NCBI RefSeq assembly: GCF_004010195.1
Contig: NC_057719.1
Location: forward strand, 91,334,767-91,398,766
Direction of reading: 5' to 3'
Length of the DNA: 64,000 nucleotides
DNA from: Chiloscyllium plagiosum
Lineage: Eukaryota
The notes beneath the pieces are model-generated. The model had not been told where the DNA came from. It saw nothing but the letters and a program-made list of their open reading frames with translations, and did not search any database. The translations under genes and the position numbers were made by a program. Shown one piece after another: positions 62,711 to 64,000 of this stretch. The first letter of the stretch is position 1, and each line of letters opens with the position of its first letter.

Positions 62711-64000
62711 AAAGGGGAGAGGGACCAGTAGGAGGATGTTGTACACATTGGTACCGACGACGTAGGAAGGGAAAAGAATGAGATTCTGAAGGGAGAATTT
62801 AGGAAGTTAGGCAGGAATTTTAAAAGGAGGTATTTGAAGGCAGTAATATCTGGATTACTCCCAGTGCTACGAGCTAGTGAGGGTAGCAATAGGAGGGTAG
62901 AGCAGATGAAGAAGTGGCTGAGGAGCTGGTGTGTAGGAGAAGGATTCAAATTTTTGGAGCATTGGAATCTCTTCTGGGGTAGAAGTCACCCTGTACAAGA
63001 GGGATGGATTGCACTTGAATTGGAAGGGGACTAATATACCGGCAGGGAGATTTGCTAGAGCTGCTCGGAAGAATTTAAACTACTTGTGGTGGCTGGTGTG
63101 GGGGGCGGTGGGCGGGGAGTGATGTGAGTGGGATGACAAAAGAAGTGAGTCAAACAGTCAGGGCAGGCAGTCGTCGACAGTGTGGTACCGGAAAAGGGTC
63201 CGATGAAGGGCTTATGCTCAAAATGTTGATTCTCCTGCTTCTCGGATGCTGCCTTACCTGCTGTGCTTATCCAGCACCACACTCTTGACTCTGATCTCCA
63301 GCATCTACAGTCCTCACTTTCTCCTAGTTAGGGCAGGCAGGGACAACGCAGAGAACAAGGTAAGACTGATAAATTAAACTGCATTTATTTCAATGCAAGA
63401 GGCCTAACAGGGAAGGCAGATGAACTCAGGGCATGGTTAGGAACATGGGACTGGGATATCATAGCAATTACAGAAACATGGTTCAATGATGGACAGGACT
63501 GGCAGCTTAATGTTCCAGGATACAAATGCTAGAGGAAGGATAGAAAGGGAGGCAATAGAAAAGGGGGGAGTGGCATTTTTGATAAGGGATAGCATTACAG
63601 CTGTACTGAGGGAGGATATTCCCGGAAATACATCTAGGGAGGTTATTGGGTGGAACTGAGAAATAAGAAAGAGATGATATCCTTGTTAGGATTGTATTAT
63701 AGATCTCTAAATAGTCAGTAAGAAATTGAGAAAGAAATTTGTAAGGGGATTTCAGTTATCTGTAAGAATAATAGGGTGGTTATGGTAAGGGATTTTAACT
63801 TTCCAAACATCGACTGGGACTGCCACAGTGTTAAGGGTTTTGATAGAGAGGAATTTGTTAGGAGTGTCCAAGAAAGTTTTGTGAGTCAGTATGTGGATGT
63901 ACCTACTAGATAAGGTGCAAAACTTGACCTACTCTCGGGAATAAGGATGGGCAGGTGACTGAAGTGTCAGTGTGGGAGCACTTTGGGGCCAGCGACCATA
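62711..64000 (+). mobile_element. CR1 LINE 5' part: ORF1 SGNH-esterase remnant plus ORF2 AP-endonuclease, runs off the window
   Basis: HIGTDDVG...ISGLLPV...WLRSWC...DGLHLNWKG; YFNARGL..KADELRAW...DIIAITETW; in-frame stops present. Confidence 0.9.
63171..63325 (+). mobile_element. PLE-terminus insertion (family A) in CR1, TSD of about 15 bp
   Basis: agtcagggcaggcag at 63156-63170 and agttagggcaggcag at 63326-63340; degenerate hammerhead ccgatgaagggcttatgctcaaaa. Confidence 0.75.

Noticed and set aside
62711..64000. Host esterase or endonuclease gene
   Set aside because: The motifs are CR1 ORF1 (SGNH) and ORF2 (APE), with stops, frameshifts and a PLE insertion.

Overview
Vertebrate genomic DNA, most likely a shark or other elasmobranch (inferred from HE1-type V-SINEs, Deu-domain SINEs and dense CR1 and Penelope-like elements). 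The window holds the 5' end of a tau-tubulin kinase gene (TTBK2-like) on the minus strand. It has a CpG-island promoter at about 52.7-53.4 kb with ZNF143, RFX X-box, CCAAT and GC-box motifs, and a non-coding exon 1 ending at a CAG|GTAAAG donor at 52656. About 33 kb of intron follows, with a possible 72-nt cassette exon at 21779-21850. The first coding exon is at 19385-19544 and encodes MHCIAAIPKGTTDMSGGGEQPDILSVSFLVKERWKV. I did not find the next kinase exon in the window. Most of the rest is decayed repeats: CR1/L2 LINEs, SINEs, Penelope-like elements (PLEs), a pogo/Tigger-type MITE, possible solo LTRs and a tRNA-Asn pseudogene. There is one N-gap at 27958-28236. Four observations stand out. 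(1) At least five PLE-terminus families carry minimal hammerhead-ribozyme motifs with compensatory stem changes. (2) These termini occur as small fold-back insertions flanked by target-site duplications (TSDs), including a four-deep nested set just upstream of the promoter. (3) The TTBK2-like kinase has a TTBK1-like 13-aa N-terminal extension. (4) The leader carries a chain of stop-start-coupled uORFs. Boundaries of old repeats are approximate and were read by eye; no searches were run.
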